From: Methanobacteriota archaeon
GTDB taxonomy: Archaea; Methanobacteriota; Methanobacteria; Methanobacteriales; Methanobacteriaceae
Direction: 5' to 3'
NCBI GenBank assembly: GCA_963787255.1
Contig: CAWBCJ010000018.1
Span: 96,001 to 160,000, forward strand
Length of the DNA: 64,000 bases
The notes beneath the pieces are model-generated. The model ran no database searches. It had not been told where the DNA came from and worked only from the letters and a program-made list of their open reading frames with translations. This document shows positions 35,318 through 45,714 of the stretch, in pieces. The position numbers and the translations under genes were made by a program. Each line of letters opens with the position of its first letter. Positions within the stretch are counted from its first letter, which is position 1.

Positions 35318-36310
35318 TTAATCATCTCTTTCATATACAAATTTAGGCACTGCTTCCTTTAAGGGGTTAAATGTTTCAATATTTTTAACTTCAGTGCATT
35401 TCATACTTACCTTTGAATGTAATGATGAAGGAAGCCTTAAAATTCTTTTAAGGTCAATTGAAACCTTTGCATCAACTAGACTCATGTTTAACGATGCAAT
35501 ACTTTTCATTAGTTTATTATAATTCCTGACACCTGTTTTAGGATGATTAGGATCCATTTTATTTAAAAAAGGTCCCCATTGATCATTTTCTATTAATTTT
35601 TTATTTTCAAGTGTTTTATTAAGAAGATTTTTACTAATACCTTCAATTTTAGAATCTTCAGTTAAATGTAGAATAGCGTATTTGGCTCTTTCTGTGAATA
35701 CTTTTGGATATCCAAATGGAATGGAAAAAAGTTTAAGAGGATATCTTTTCTCACCATCATCATACTCTTCTTTAGGTACTTCGGCTCCTACAATGTATTT
35801 TAAAATTTGGGAGCGTACATCGCTGTTCATTTCCATTACATCATCATCAAGAACTCTTATATGATATCCTCTACCTGAATAAACGATATGGATATTTTTT
35901 AAGCCTAAGTCGTCGTTTATAGTGTCAATTAATCCACTTACAATTTCTTTAGCTTGTTTAAGACATATTTCACACACATTATCGCAGCCACATGTTCGTA
36001 TTAGGATATCTTTGGCATCAACGTCAAAAACAAGCTCTGATTTCATCCAATCGGCTCTTTTTCGTGGTTTTTCATAATATGCAACTGAGCAATAGGCTGC
36101 AAATGGAGTTTTTGATCTCATGAAACGTTTTAAATAATCAGGGGTGTTGAAAACTTTATATCGGTCATTGGGGCCTCTTCCAAAGTGATCGAATCCAAAT
36201 TCCCGGTACTCTATGGAATCAACTATAAAATCAGGAACTTTTTTAATGTCCCATTCTTCCCTGTAGTATATTCTACGTTCTTCAAGAGTTGCTTGCTTGA
36301 AAATACCCAT
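35318..36310 (-). CDS. priS: DNA primase small (catalytic) subunit
   Basis: REFGFD, ELVFDVD, YSGRGYH, RILRLPSSLH. Confidence 0.95.
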   Translation of the reverse strand: MGIFKQATLEERRIYYREEWDIKKVPDFIVDSIEYREFGFDHFGRGPNDRYKVFNTPDYLKRFMRSKTPFAAYCSVAYYEKPRKRADWMKSELVFDVDAKDILIRTCGCDNVCEICLKQAKEIVSGLIDTINDDLGLKNIHIVYSGRGYHIRVLDDDVMEMNSDVRSQILKYIVGAEVPKEEYDDGEKRYPLKLFSIPFGYPKVFTERAKYAILHLTEDSKIEGISKNLLNKTLENKKLIENDQWGPFLNKMDPNHPKTGVRNYNKLMKSIASLNMSLVDAKVSIDLKRILRLPSSLHSKVSMKCTEVKNIETFNPLKEAVPKFVYERDD

Positions 36311-36340
36311 GAATTTAACCTTTTAACTTTTAATATTCAA

Positions 36341-37651
36341 TTATTTTTTATTCTGCCATGATTTCAGCGTATAATAAGACAATGGATTTCCTATGCTCTT
36401 ACATGTTTTGTCGGGCTTGCATAAACCAGGCATATTTAATTTAACCTTTTCACAGCTCATAGGAGTGTACCAGGTGGTTTCTCCCTCATGTTGGGGATTT
36501 AAATCGCTGTGCATCCCAAATCCAAGTTTTGCATTAATATTAACTTTTTCCTGCGGTTGATCGTCGAAAAGGGGCGGGCTGCATCTATCTGCTGCATCGT
36601 AGATCATGGGTAAAACCTCATTTTTGGTAATTTTAAGGTCTGGGTCCACATCAGATACTTCTATAGTTGTATCACTCCTGAAAACTGAGGGATACAGTCT
36701 TGCATAGGATAAAAATGGTGTTAAAAACAGAACAATTACCTCGTTCCTTCCACCTGATTTGATGCCTTCTAAAGCTTTTTTAATACATGGAGGAAACAGA
36801 TCAATATTTAGGGTTGAAGCTTTAACGTCTCCACCACCAGAACCGGTTCCATAAAATCTTATTTCCCTTGATAAAACTTCTGAAACCTTTTCTGCAATTT
36901 TTAATAATGTTGGATTTGGTTCAACAAGATTTGACCTTTCATGGACACTTTTTATATAATTTTCAGTGTTCTGCATGATCATTTTAATTATAATAAGTTC
37001 TTTAATCCTATTTCCAACAAAAACCCGGTACATCTTTTCTGGTTGTCTATCTTTAATTACTTCTCCAAAGCTTTCCATGAATTCTTCACGGTCCAATATA
37101 ATATATCCGTCTTTTAAAACCAGATCTTGGATGTTAATTTTTTTTGAACTTAAAAGATCAGCAAGTTGTGTCCATTTAATCCTATCTTGAACTATAAGAT
37201 CGTTCATAACCTGCTGCATTAATTCTTCTTTTAATTTTATGTTAAAATTAAGCTCTTTTAGCCGATTTTCGATTATATCTCCTTGTAATTCCACTACTGC
37301 GCGGCTCTCTCTGGAATTAGGCCCAAATTTCACTCCAACAGCTTGACATATTATATAAAAAGCAATGACATCAAATTTTGTAATTTTATCATCGAAAAGA
37401 AAGGCATATTTTGTTTTAATATCTTTAGAACTACTTTTTCTTTCGATATACCATTCTACTCTTTGGATAACCAGATCTACATAGCTTTGAGGTATAATGG
37501 CATTCACAGATTTTTCTTGGGCATTTATAAGGTTAACAACATCTATAATCTGCTCATTTTCATCAAATATCCTTTCTAAATCTCCTCCTTCTTCTCTGAC
37601 TATCTGTTTTCCTTCATCAGATAAAGGATTTATAAAGGACATTGGTATCAT
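36341..37651 (-). CDS. priL: DNA primase large subunit
   Basis: FPPCIK, GGRN, YTPMSC, C..C..NPLSYY Fe-S domain; adjacent to priS. Confidence 0.9.
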   Translation of the reverse strand: MIPMSFINPLSDEGKQIVREEGGDLERIFDENEQIIDVVNLINAQEKSVNAIIPQSYVDLVIQRVEWYIERKSSSKDIKTKYAFLFDDKITKFDVIAFYIICQAVGVKFGPNSRESRAVVELQGDIIENRLKELNFNIKLKEELMQQVMNDLIVQDRIKWTQLADLLSSKKINIQDLVLKDGYIILDREEFMESFGEVIKDRQPEKMYRVFVGNRIKELIIIKMIMQNTENYIKSVHERSNLVEPNPTLLKIAEKVSEVLSREIRFYGTGSGGGDVKASTLNIDLFPPCIKKALEGIKSGGRNEVIVLFLTPFLSYARLYPSVFRSDTTIEVSDVDPDLKITKNEVLPMIYDAADRCSPPLFDDQPQEKVNINAKLGFGMHSDLNPQHEGETTWYTPMSCEKVKLNMPGLCKPDKTCKSIGNPLSYYTLKSWQNKK

Positions 37652-38135
37652 ATGATCTATCCTTTCTAATTCTCCTTATTATAAAATGTTACTGAAAGAC
37701 TTAATTCATGTAGTATGAATTTACTAAAATGGGTACTGTGGTATAAGAAATTTTAATAGATAGAATTCAATTAAATAAAAATTCTTTTAAGTTCTCTGAA
37801 TAAAAAAGATACCAAATTTAGTATTTTTTTAAATTTATATGAAAAAAAGAAAAATAATATATATTTAAATCTAGAAATTTTATAATAGCTTCTAAATTAT
37901 TACGTGCTTTTAAAGGCTATTTATATCTCATTATAACTTAAATCATTGAATTTCATTGTTATTTGGGACTTTGTAATTTAAATAATATAAAAAATAAAAG
38001 TCAAGTATATTAAATTGGATATAGTTTAGAAACTATCCCTCGGCTTTTAAAAGCTAATTAAAGCTTATTATAACTTAAATCATGGAATTTCAAAGTGACT
38101 TTGATAATTCATCTTTTAGTAAGGAGGAATTGAAT

Positions 38136-40121
38136 TTGAATAAAGTGTTTATTACCAGCGCATTACCCTATGCTAACGGACCCTGCCATTTAGGGCATTT
38201 AAGATCAACTTACATACCTGCAGATATTTATGCCCGATATAACAGAATGAACGACGTTGATGTGCTCTTTGTTTGTGCAACAGATGAGCATGGTACTCCA
38301 ATCGCAGTTAGGGCGGAAGAAGCTGGGAAATCCCCTAAAGAAATTGCAGATAAATTTCATAAAATGATTAAACATGATTTAGATGCATGTAACATATCTT
38401 TTGATTACTTTTCAAGGACTACTGACCCCATTCACTATGAAATAGGTCAGAGCTTCTTTTTAAAGCTCTATGAAAATGACTATATCTATGAAAAGACAAT
38501 AAAACAACCTTATTGTAATGAATGTAAGAGATTTTTACCGGATAGATATATAGAAGGAATATGTCCTCATTGTAAAGGTGAAGGGGCAAGAGGAGATCAT
38601 TGTGAATCATGCGGTAGACATTTAGATCCTATCCAGCTTGAAGAACCAGCATGTCTGATTTGCAGTTCCACTCCTGAAATTAGAGAATCTACACAGTACT
38701 TCTTTAAATTAAGCAATTTTGAAGAACCTTTAAAGGAATGGATAACTGGAAATAGTGAATTACCTCCAAATGTAAAAAACTATGCTCTTCAATGGATAAA
38801 AGAAGGTTTAAAAGATTGGATACTTACAAGAGATATGGAATGGGGAATACCAGTTCCACTGGAAGGAGCTGAAGGTAAAATAATCTACGTGTGGGGAGAA
38901 GCATTCCTTGGATATATATCTTCGGCAGCACAGTGGAGTAGAAAAGAAAATAAGCCATGGGAAGATTACTGGAACGATAAAGCTATTCATTTTATTGGTA
39001 AAGACATTATATACCACCATGCAATATTCTGGCCAGCTTTGCTCATGGCATATGGATGTAAACTCCCAACAAATGTGGTTGCAGGCGAATACCTTTCACT
39101 TGAAGGTAAAAAGATGTCAACAAGTAAAAATTGGGTTATTTGGGCATCTGAATTCCTTGAAAAGTTCGAATCAGATATTTTAAGATATTATCTTGTTGTA
39201 AATGCGCCTCTTAACCGTGACACCGACTTTTCGTGGGATGATTTCCAGCGAAGGGTTAATGATGAACTTGCTGACGTTTTGGGGAACTTTTTACACAGAA
39301 CTTTCTCATTTACAAATAGATTCTTTGAAGGAAAAATTCCAGAACCCAATGAACTGGATGAATACGATGAAGAATTTAAAGAAAGAATTAAAGTTATTCC
39401 TAATGTGGTTTCAGAGCTTATTGAAAATTTTAAATTCAGAGAAGGTCTTATTGAAATAATTAGACTTGCAAAATTTGCTAACAAGTATTTTAATGACAAA
39501 GAACCCTGGAAAGCAGTAAAAGAAAATCCACAACAGGCTGCAAACTGTTTGTATCTATGCAATCAGCTTGCTAAAACTCTTGCAGTGATTTTAAATCCAT
39601 ACATTCCGGTAAAAGCGCCACAAATAGCCAAAACTATGAATTTAGAAGGTTTTGAAATATCTAAATGGAAAAATGCAGCTGAATTTATTCCTTCAGGCCA
39701 TAAAATTGACAAACCTGAGCCTTTATTTAATAAAATTGACGATGATGTAATAAATAAGGAAAAAGAAGAACTTTATAAAGATTTAAAGGACGAAGAAACC
39801 ATGAAAAACATTATAAGTATTGAAGATTTTGCTAAGATAGATTTAAGAATAGGTGAAATAATTGGAGCTGAACGCGTTGAAGGCTCAGAAAACTTATTAA
39901 AATTAAAAGTTGATGCTAAAGAAAAGAAATTACAGGTTGTTGCTGGCCTTGCTAAAAAATATTCTCCAGAAGAGATAATAGGACAAAAGGTAGTAGTACT
40001 TGTTAATTTAAAGCCTGCTAAACTATTTGGAATAAAATCTGAGGGTATGATTCTTGCAACATCAGATAACTTAAGCGTTTTAACAGCTAAAAGCGCTGAA
40101 ATCGGCGAAAAAATTAAATAA
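38136..40121 (+). CDS. metG: Methionyl-tRNA synthetase with C-terminal tRNA-binding domain
   Basis: ALPYANG..HLGH, zinc knuckles, GKDI, KMSTS, SEGMIL; TTG start after AAGGAGG preferred over 38082. Confidence 0.96.
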   Translation: MNKVFITSALPYANGPCHLGHLRSTYIPADIYARYNRMNDVDVLFVCATDEHGTPIAVRAEEAGKSPKEIADKFHKMIKHDLDACNISFDYFSRTTDPIHYEIGQSFFLKLYENDYIYEKTIKQPYCNECKRFLPDRYIEGICPHCKGEGARGDHCESCGRHLDPIQLEEPACLICSSTPEIRESTQYFFKLSNFEEPLKEWITGNSELPPNVKNYALQWIKEGLKDWILTRDMEWGIPVPLEGAEGKIIYVWGEAFLGYISSAAQWSRKENKPWEDYWNDKAIHFIGKDIIYHHAIFWPALLMAYGCKLPTNVVAGEYLSLEGKKMSTSKNWVIWASEFLEKFESDILRYYLVVNAPLNRDTDFSWDDFQRRVNDELADVLGNFLHRTFSFTNRFFEGKIPEPNELDEYDEEFKERIKVIPNVVSELIENFKFREGLIEIIRLAKFANKYFNDKEPWKAVKENPQQAANCLYLCNQLAKTLAVILNPYIPVKAPQIAKTMNLEGFEISKWKNAAEFIPSGHKIDKPEPLFNKIDDDVINKEKEELYKDLKDEETMKNIISIEDFAKIDLRIGEIIGAERVEGSENLLKLKVDAKEKKLQVVAGLAKKYSPEEIIGQKVVVLVNLKPAKLFGIKSEGMILATSDNLSVLTAKSAEIGEKIK

Positions 40122-40168
40122 ATTAATTGTTATATATTTTTTTAATTAAAAACATTAGGGAAACAAAA

Positions 40169-41737
40169 ATGAATGAATCAGTTTTAATTGCACGGGCTGA
40201 GAAGTTTCTTGACAAAATAAAGCGTCAAAGGGTCCAGGTAGATAAAATAGAAGACTTTGAAAGCTTTATTGTCATTTATCATTATCTTAAAGATAATATG
40301 AATGAATTATATGATTTTAGGGATACAATGGAAATGAAAGGATATAAAGCACCATATAGTTCTCTAATTCGTACTTCCCGTTCCATAACAACTGAATTAA
40401 AGGCTGATGAGGTTCATGATGTTTCTCGCCAGACCCAGTATTTCCGAATGAAGGCAGCTGCTAAGAAAAATATTCTTGATAGGGTTAAATCATCCATAGC
40501 ATCCCATAAAATCGCAATAGGACATTTGGAGGAATTTGCAACTATAAACTGTAAAACTTGCAAAAAACAGTTCAAAAGACATGAAATAGAGCTGGTTGAA
40601 TCAAAAAAATGCACTTGCGGCGCCACAGACTTGATGTTAGAGCAGAACCAAAACGGAGTATACAGGTTAGATATTGTCAGATACTTGCCTTTATCTGGTG
40701 AGTATATGCATAGAATGTCTGATTTGCCACCTCTTGGAAGGGAAGCTTTCAGAAACATTGTTAGAATTCTTAAACACAAAAAAAGAGGAATAGTAAAAAC
40801 ACTTTCTCTTGTTGTAAAAGTTTTTGAAGACGGTAGATGGATCAGAAAAAGAGTTAATATGGATGCAGAGGATGATAAGAATTACGAGCGGGAAATTCGG
40901 AAGGAATATGGTCCAAATGCACGGATTGAATTTCTACAATTTCACCGTAAAAAACCTGCAATTATAAATGATAGGCATGTTCAAACAGCACTTTCAATTG
41001 CCTATGTGAAATCTGCTGCAGAAACTGCAAATAAGATTATGGGAAGCGTTTTAGATATTGTCTTAAAAAACAAGGAAAAGGTTGAGTTATATGACAGTGC
41101 ACTTAAAACTGCAAATGAATTTGCTGATTCTATAACTGGGGATATTGAAGACAAGGATATATTAAAAGAAGATAAGCTGATAGAATTATTAAGCGAAAAT
41201 AATCTTTGTGATGGTGATAAACTTGATAAAGAGCTTCAAAAGGATATTGATGCTAGAAATGAAATCAAAAGAAAGCTATTTATTGAAATGCCAAGAATAT
41301 TAATATTATGGGATATAGCCAAGTATTATTTAACAACTTCATATGACAGGAGGAACAAATATTCTGGACCTTTCCCTAATCTACGTCCAAATCTCGATAC
41401 AAACCAATTAAAAGTATTTAAAGACTTTGATAAAGAAGTTGTCATTATCTTAAAGAAATATACCGAAGAAAGGATTGAATATGTTCCTAATGTTAAAGAA
41501 GTTGTGGCTAAAAAATTTGAAATTGAAAATAAGGTCAAAGGCCTTCATGTTAAGTCAAATCCACCCGCTTTAGGGGCAGCAATATTAAATACTACTGGTA
41601 ATTTACCTATTGAGGAATCAGCTAACTTATTTTCGGTTAATCCTTCAAAAGTTATAAAAGAAAAGGAAAAAATTGAAACTTTTGGAAAACCAACATCAAA
41701 AAAGGCAAAACAGTTCCTTGACATTATAAAAAAATAA
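40169..41737 (+). CDS. Conserved archaeal protein (DUF530-like) with zinc ribbon
   Basis: KKNILDRVKSSIASHKIAIGHL, CKTC..CTCG, LPLSG, YSGPFP. Confidence 0.65.
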   Translation: MNESVLIARAEKFLDKIKRQRVQVDKIEDFESFIVIYHYLKDNMNELYDFRDTMEMKGYKAPYSSLIRTSRSITTELKADEVHDVSRQTQYFRMKAAAKKNILDRVKSSIASHKIAIGHLEEFATINCKTCKKQFKRHEIELVESKKCTCGATDLMLEQNQNGVYRLDIVRYLPLSGEYMHRMSDLPPLGREAFRNIVRILKHKKRGIVKTLSLVVKVFEDGRWIRKRVNMDAEDDKNYEREIRKEYGPNARIEFLQFHRKKPAIINDRHVQTALSIAYVKSAAETANKIMGSVLDIVLKNKEKVELYDSALKTANEFADSITGDIEDKDILKEDKLIELLSENNLCDGDKLDKELQKDIDARNEIKRKLFIEMPRILILWDIAKYYLTTSYDRRNKYSGPFPNLRPNLDTNQLKVFKDFDKEVVIILKKYTEERIEYVPNVKEVVAKKFEIENKVKGLHVKSNPPALGAAILNTTGNLPIEESANLFSVNPSKVIKEKEKIETFGKPTSKKAKQFLDIIKK

Positions 41738-41789
41738 TTCAACTTTCTAAAGTAATTCTTTTTTAATATTCTTTTTAGTAAATTTTAAT

Positions 41790-42284
41790 TTGTTTGTAAT
41801 AGAAATTAATGATATGGTGATATTTTTGGATCATGAGATCTATGTAACTAAGGCATTATCTTCACAGGCAATCATGGAACTTCTTGATAAGTATCCCAAT
41901 ATTAAGAAGATAAAATGTCCTAACAGCCTTTATATTAGAACTTCAAAGAAGTATCTGGACGCTCTATCGGAACTTGGAATTGAAGTTGAACCAGTAATAA
42001 AAAGGGGCAGACCAAAAAAATACAGTGCTAGAGAAGCTGAATTAATCCATGACATGCTGTTAGAAGGGTCCTCCCCAAAAGAGATATCAGAAAAGATGAA
42101 TATACCTCTAAAAACTGTTTATTATCTAAAGGACACTAAATTAAAACGTGGCAGAAAACCTAAATATTCGAAAGAAACTGAAAATGAGGTTAAAAAATTA
42201 CATGATGATGGGTTTTCATCAAAGGAAATATCAGAAAAGATGAATATTCCTTTAAGAACTGTTTATTGTCTCATTAAACGTTAA
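41790..42284 (+). CDS. DUF1699-like domain plus two tandem GRP-HTH repeats (putative DNA-binding protein)
   Basis: KCPNSLYIRTSKK; RGRPKKY..EISEKMNIPLKTVYY and RGRKPKY..EISEKMNIPLRTVYC; start uncertain. Confidence 0.65.
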   Translation: MFVIEINDMVIFLDHEIYVTKALSSQAIMELLDKYPNIKKIKCPNSLYIRTSKKYLDALSELGIEVEPVIKRGRPKKYSAREAELIHDMLLEGSSPKEISEKMNIPLKTVYYLKDTKLKRGRKPKYSKETENEVKKLHDDGFSSKEISEKMNIPLRTVYCLIKR

Positions 42285-42705
42285 TTTCTAAGTCAATTAT
42301 ATAAATTTTTATATCTACAGTAAAAACAATATTATTTCTTTTGTTTTTTTTCAAATTTTCTTAATTTTTTTAATTAAAATATTGTTTCATAAATAGCACT
42401 TTATCATAAACTATCTATCTGAAAAATGTTAGCAGGTAAATTTAGAGGAAATCACATGACTAGTTTCGTTATTATGGAGTTTATTAAGGGTATTTACAAC
42501 TTTATTGGCTGTTATTTGGGTCTTTTTTAAGTTCTTTAGCTTTTGAAGCGGTATTTATTCTTGTGGATATTAATATGGGGGGATGCTTTGTACAATTGTG
42601 AAATGTGCACAATATATGTGGGTTTAGGTGTGAATTTTCTTTTTTTATCCATAAATTTAATATCTTTTGATTATATATATGATATTTGTATAATGTTATG
42701 GAGGT

Positions 42706-43262
42706 GTGTTTATTAAGGCATTAGACGGCTTTAATTTACTTGTAACTGTTCAAGGTCATAAGGACTGCTCATACGGGTGAAGAATTAATTGGAATGGAGG
42801 AAATAGAGCTTGCTCTTTCAAGTTATGAGCCGGTTCTTTATATAAAGGAATCTCAATATCCTAATGTGATTCTTGTTGAATTAACAATGGATCCAGAAGA
42901 AGCAGTGGCAATATTAAAAGATGCTCCAACAACAGTGATATCTAAAGTCATTCCTATTGATTTTGTAGTAAAAACGCAAATGGATGCTATTTTAGAGAAA
43001 ACCTGGGCTCTTGCAAGGGAAAAAATGAATCCTAATGATTTATTTGTAGTAAGGGGTAGACTTAAGAGGAAGAAGATACATAAAATCCAAAGAAGAATTA
43101 ATTGAAAGGGTTTCTAATGAACTCATTGATAAATTAGATCAATCTTTGGACCCTCAATCTTTAGATACGCAAAATCCTGATTGGATTGTCCAGATTGAAG
43201 TTGTTGGTGATGATACCGGAATTAGCATTTTGAAGCCTCATCAAATTTTGAAAAAGAAATAA
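42706..43262 (+). pseudogene. THUMP-domain RNA-binding protein, two frameshifts (pseudogene or assembly error)
   Basis: Reconstructed ..FNLLVTVQGHK/AHTGEELIGMEEIE...KVIPID...FVVR/VDLRGRRYIKSKEELIERV...PDWIVQIEVVGDDTGISIL; shifts near 42765 and 43055. Confidence 0.65.
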
Positions 43263-43274
43263 TAGATTATTATT

Positions 43275-43766
43275 ATGTACGAAGTTTTACTTTTTAGAGG
43301 TGGGATGTACAAGTTCGACGAATTATCAGAATTTGTAGAAGATGTAGGTGGACTGGTTTTAAACAGGGATCACTTTGAAATAATCCGTGGAGATTCATAT
43401 CTATCAACAGAAATTCACGTGCTTTTAATGGTGCCTGAAGAGGAACTAGAACCTTTAAGATTGATAATCAGTGAAATAAAGGGAATGGCTGAAAATTTAG
43501 AGATTACAGATGAACAGAGAACACAACTTTTATTATATCTTTCAGTTTACGACGCATTAAACAAAAATGACTCATGGTCTCTAAAAGAACATCTTATGGA
43601 CTTAATAATTTGTCCATGTTATGCAATGCTCTGTACAAACAGCGGGAATAATGAATGTCTTTTAAACGATAAATTAGATGAAATATTAGAAGAAATGTGT
43701 TCTAATGGAATAATAGAATCCAAAATAGAAGATGATAAAATTTTATACCGATTAAAAAAAGAGTGA
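43275..43766 (+). CDS. Methanogen-conserved protein resembling the N-terminus of methanogenesis marker protein 7
   Basis: MYEVLLFRGGMYKFDELSEFVEDVGGLVL; C-terminal CPC..C..C. Confidence 0.5.
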   Translation: MYEVLLFRGGMYKFDELSEFVEDVGGLVLNRDHFEIIRGDSYLSTEIHVLLMVPEEELEPLRLIISEIKGMAENLEITDEQRTQLLLYLSVYDALNKNDSWSLKEHLMDLIICPCYAMLCTNSGNNECLLNDKLDEILEEMCSNGIIESKIEDDKILYRLKKE

Positions 43767-43819
43767 ATATATAATTTATAATTCGTTAATACTAATTTTA
43801 ATTTAAAAATGTTTTTTAA

Positions 43820-44074
43820 GTGAATACTATGAACGCTGGCACGCTAATAATTGCAGGAATTATCGTTATATTCATTGGAATGATCCTTATTTTTGTAGGT
43901 ACAGCATTACAATCAACATCAAAAACATCTGAAGTGCATACCGGCGGTGTAATACTGATAGGGCCGATTCCAATTATATTTGGTAATGATAAAGGTCTGA
44001 TTATAACTGGAATAGTTTTTGCTATCGTAATAATGGTATTATATTACTTTCTGTTTTACAGAGGCGGCCATTAG
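43820..44074 (+). CDS. TIGR00304/DUF131 family membrane protein
   Basis: GGVILIGPIPIIFG motif between two TM helices. Confidence 0.85.
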   Translation: MNTMNAGTLIIAGIIVIFIGMILIFVGTALQSTSKTSEVHTGGVILIGPIPIIFGNDKGLIITGIVFAIVIMVLYYFLFYRGGH

Positions 44075-44221
44075 ATAAATAAAAGGAAAAGATTTAAAAA
44101 TTTTATCCTATTATGTTTTTATCTTTTTAGCCAACTCTTTTTTAGATAAAATTCTGGTAAAATCAGAGAATATTGGGGCATTGGAAATCGTATTAAATAA
44201 AAAAAATGAGACGTTATGTAA

Positions 44222-45193
44222 TCATTTATTTATCTTTTCATGCCATTTCCATGCAGTTTCAACAATTTGGGAAATATCGTGATATTTAGGCTTCCATTTT
44301 AATATTTCCATAGCCTTTTTGGAACTTCCAATTAAAGTTGGTGGATCTCCAGGTCTTCTTTCTACTTCAACTTCTTTAATTTGCTTTCCTGTAATTTTCC
44401 GTGCTGTTTCTATTACTTCCTTTACAGAAAAACCACTACCATTACCTAAATTGAAAACATCACTGTTTCCACCCCTTTTTAGGTATTCAAGAGCTAGAAT
44501 ATGGGCATCAGCTAGATCAGTAACATGGATGTAATCCCTGATGCATGTTCCGTCAGGAGTATCATAATCCGTTCCAAAAATCTTTATATCTTCTCTTTTG
44601 GCGGAAGCAGCATCTAAAACCAGGGGAATTAGGTGAGTTTCAGGGTCGTGCATTTCCCCTATTTCACAGTCAGGATCTGCACCTGCAGCATTGAAATACC
44701 TTAAAGAAGCGTATTTTAAACCGTAGGCATCGCTGTAATCTTTTAATATCTGTTCAACAATTAATTTGCCCCTTCCATATGGATTTATTGGATTTTGAGG
44801 GTGAGTTTCTGTTATTGGAATTTCAACAGGGTTTCCGTAGGTTGCACAAGTTGAAGAAAATACGAAATGCTTTACATTTTCTTCAAGCATTACCTGGAGA
44901 AGATTTAAGGTATTCTTAACATTGTTAATGTAATATTTTTGAGGATCTTCAACAGACTCCCCTACATATGTGAAAGCAGCGAAATGCATCACTGCTTCGA
45001 TCTTGTATTTCTTAAAAACTCTTCTTATGTCTTCAATGTTTCCAAGATCGCCCCGCTCAAAAATTCCCCATTTAACAAAATCTTTGTGTCCATAACTCAA
45101 ATTATCAAAAACAACAGTTTCATATCCTTTTTTACTGATTTCTTTGTTTAAATGAGAACCTATATAGCCTGCTCCACCTACGATAAGTATCAT
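44222..45193 (-). CDS. galE: UDP-glucose 4-epimerase
   Basis: GGAGYIGSH, HFAA..VGES, YGRGK (YxxxK), LRYFNAAGA, DGTCIRDYIHV. Confidence 0.95.
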   Translation of the reverse strand: MILIVGGAGYIGSHLNKEISKKGYETVVFDNLSYGHKDFVKWGIFERGDLGNIEDIRRVFKKYKIEAVMHFAAFTYVGESVEDPQKYYINNVKNTLNLLQVMLEENVKHFVFSSTCATYGNPVEIPITETHPQNPINPYGRGKLIVEQILKDYSDAYGLKYASLRYFNAAGADPDCEIGEMHDPETHLIPLVLDAASAKREDIKIFGTDYDTPDGTCIRDYIHVTDLADAHILALEYLKRGGNSDVFNLGNGSGFSVKEVIETARKITGKQIKEVEVERRPGDPPTLIGSSKKAMEILKWKPKYHDISQIVETAWKWHEKINK

Positions 45194-45714
45194 GATTTAA
45201 CTCCTTTCATTATAATTCTATAAATTCAAATAATAATCATTTTTTTTGGCTTTCTATAATAGTTGATTTATATATTCTTTTGATAAAAATATATTTAACT
45301 TAACAGAGTATAACCTGCCTAACTCAATTATTATCTAAAAAAAAGTAATAGATTGAGTTTATAAGTCATCATATAAATTTAATAATGTTTATTTTTTTGA
45401 AGTTTATCGAATTAAAGAATATTTAATAAAATAGTATTGTTAATTCTATGTTTATTAATTCTAAGACTTTATATGGATAAATTAAATTAATTAAAGATAA
45501 TATTTTTTCTAAATGATGTTTAATATAAGTTAATTTATTATAAATGGAAATTAAGAAATTTCATAATTAATTTAGAGCATAAATACATTTTCCTAAAGCT
45601 TAAACTATAAAAATGAGATACATAAGCTTCTTTTTTTTAAAATTAAAAGATAATATTTATATATAACATTGATATGACTAAAATATGTCCAAAATCTATT
45701 GAGCATAGTTATTT

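Noticed and set aside
41790-42284. Resolvase/transposase-like HTH suggesting a mobile element
   Set aside because: No catalytic domain, terminal repeats or target-site duplication visible
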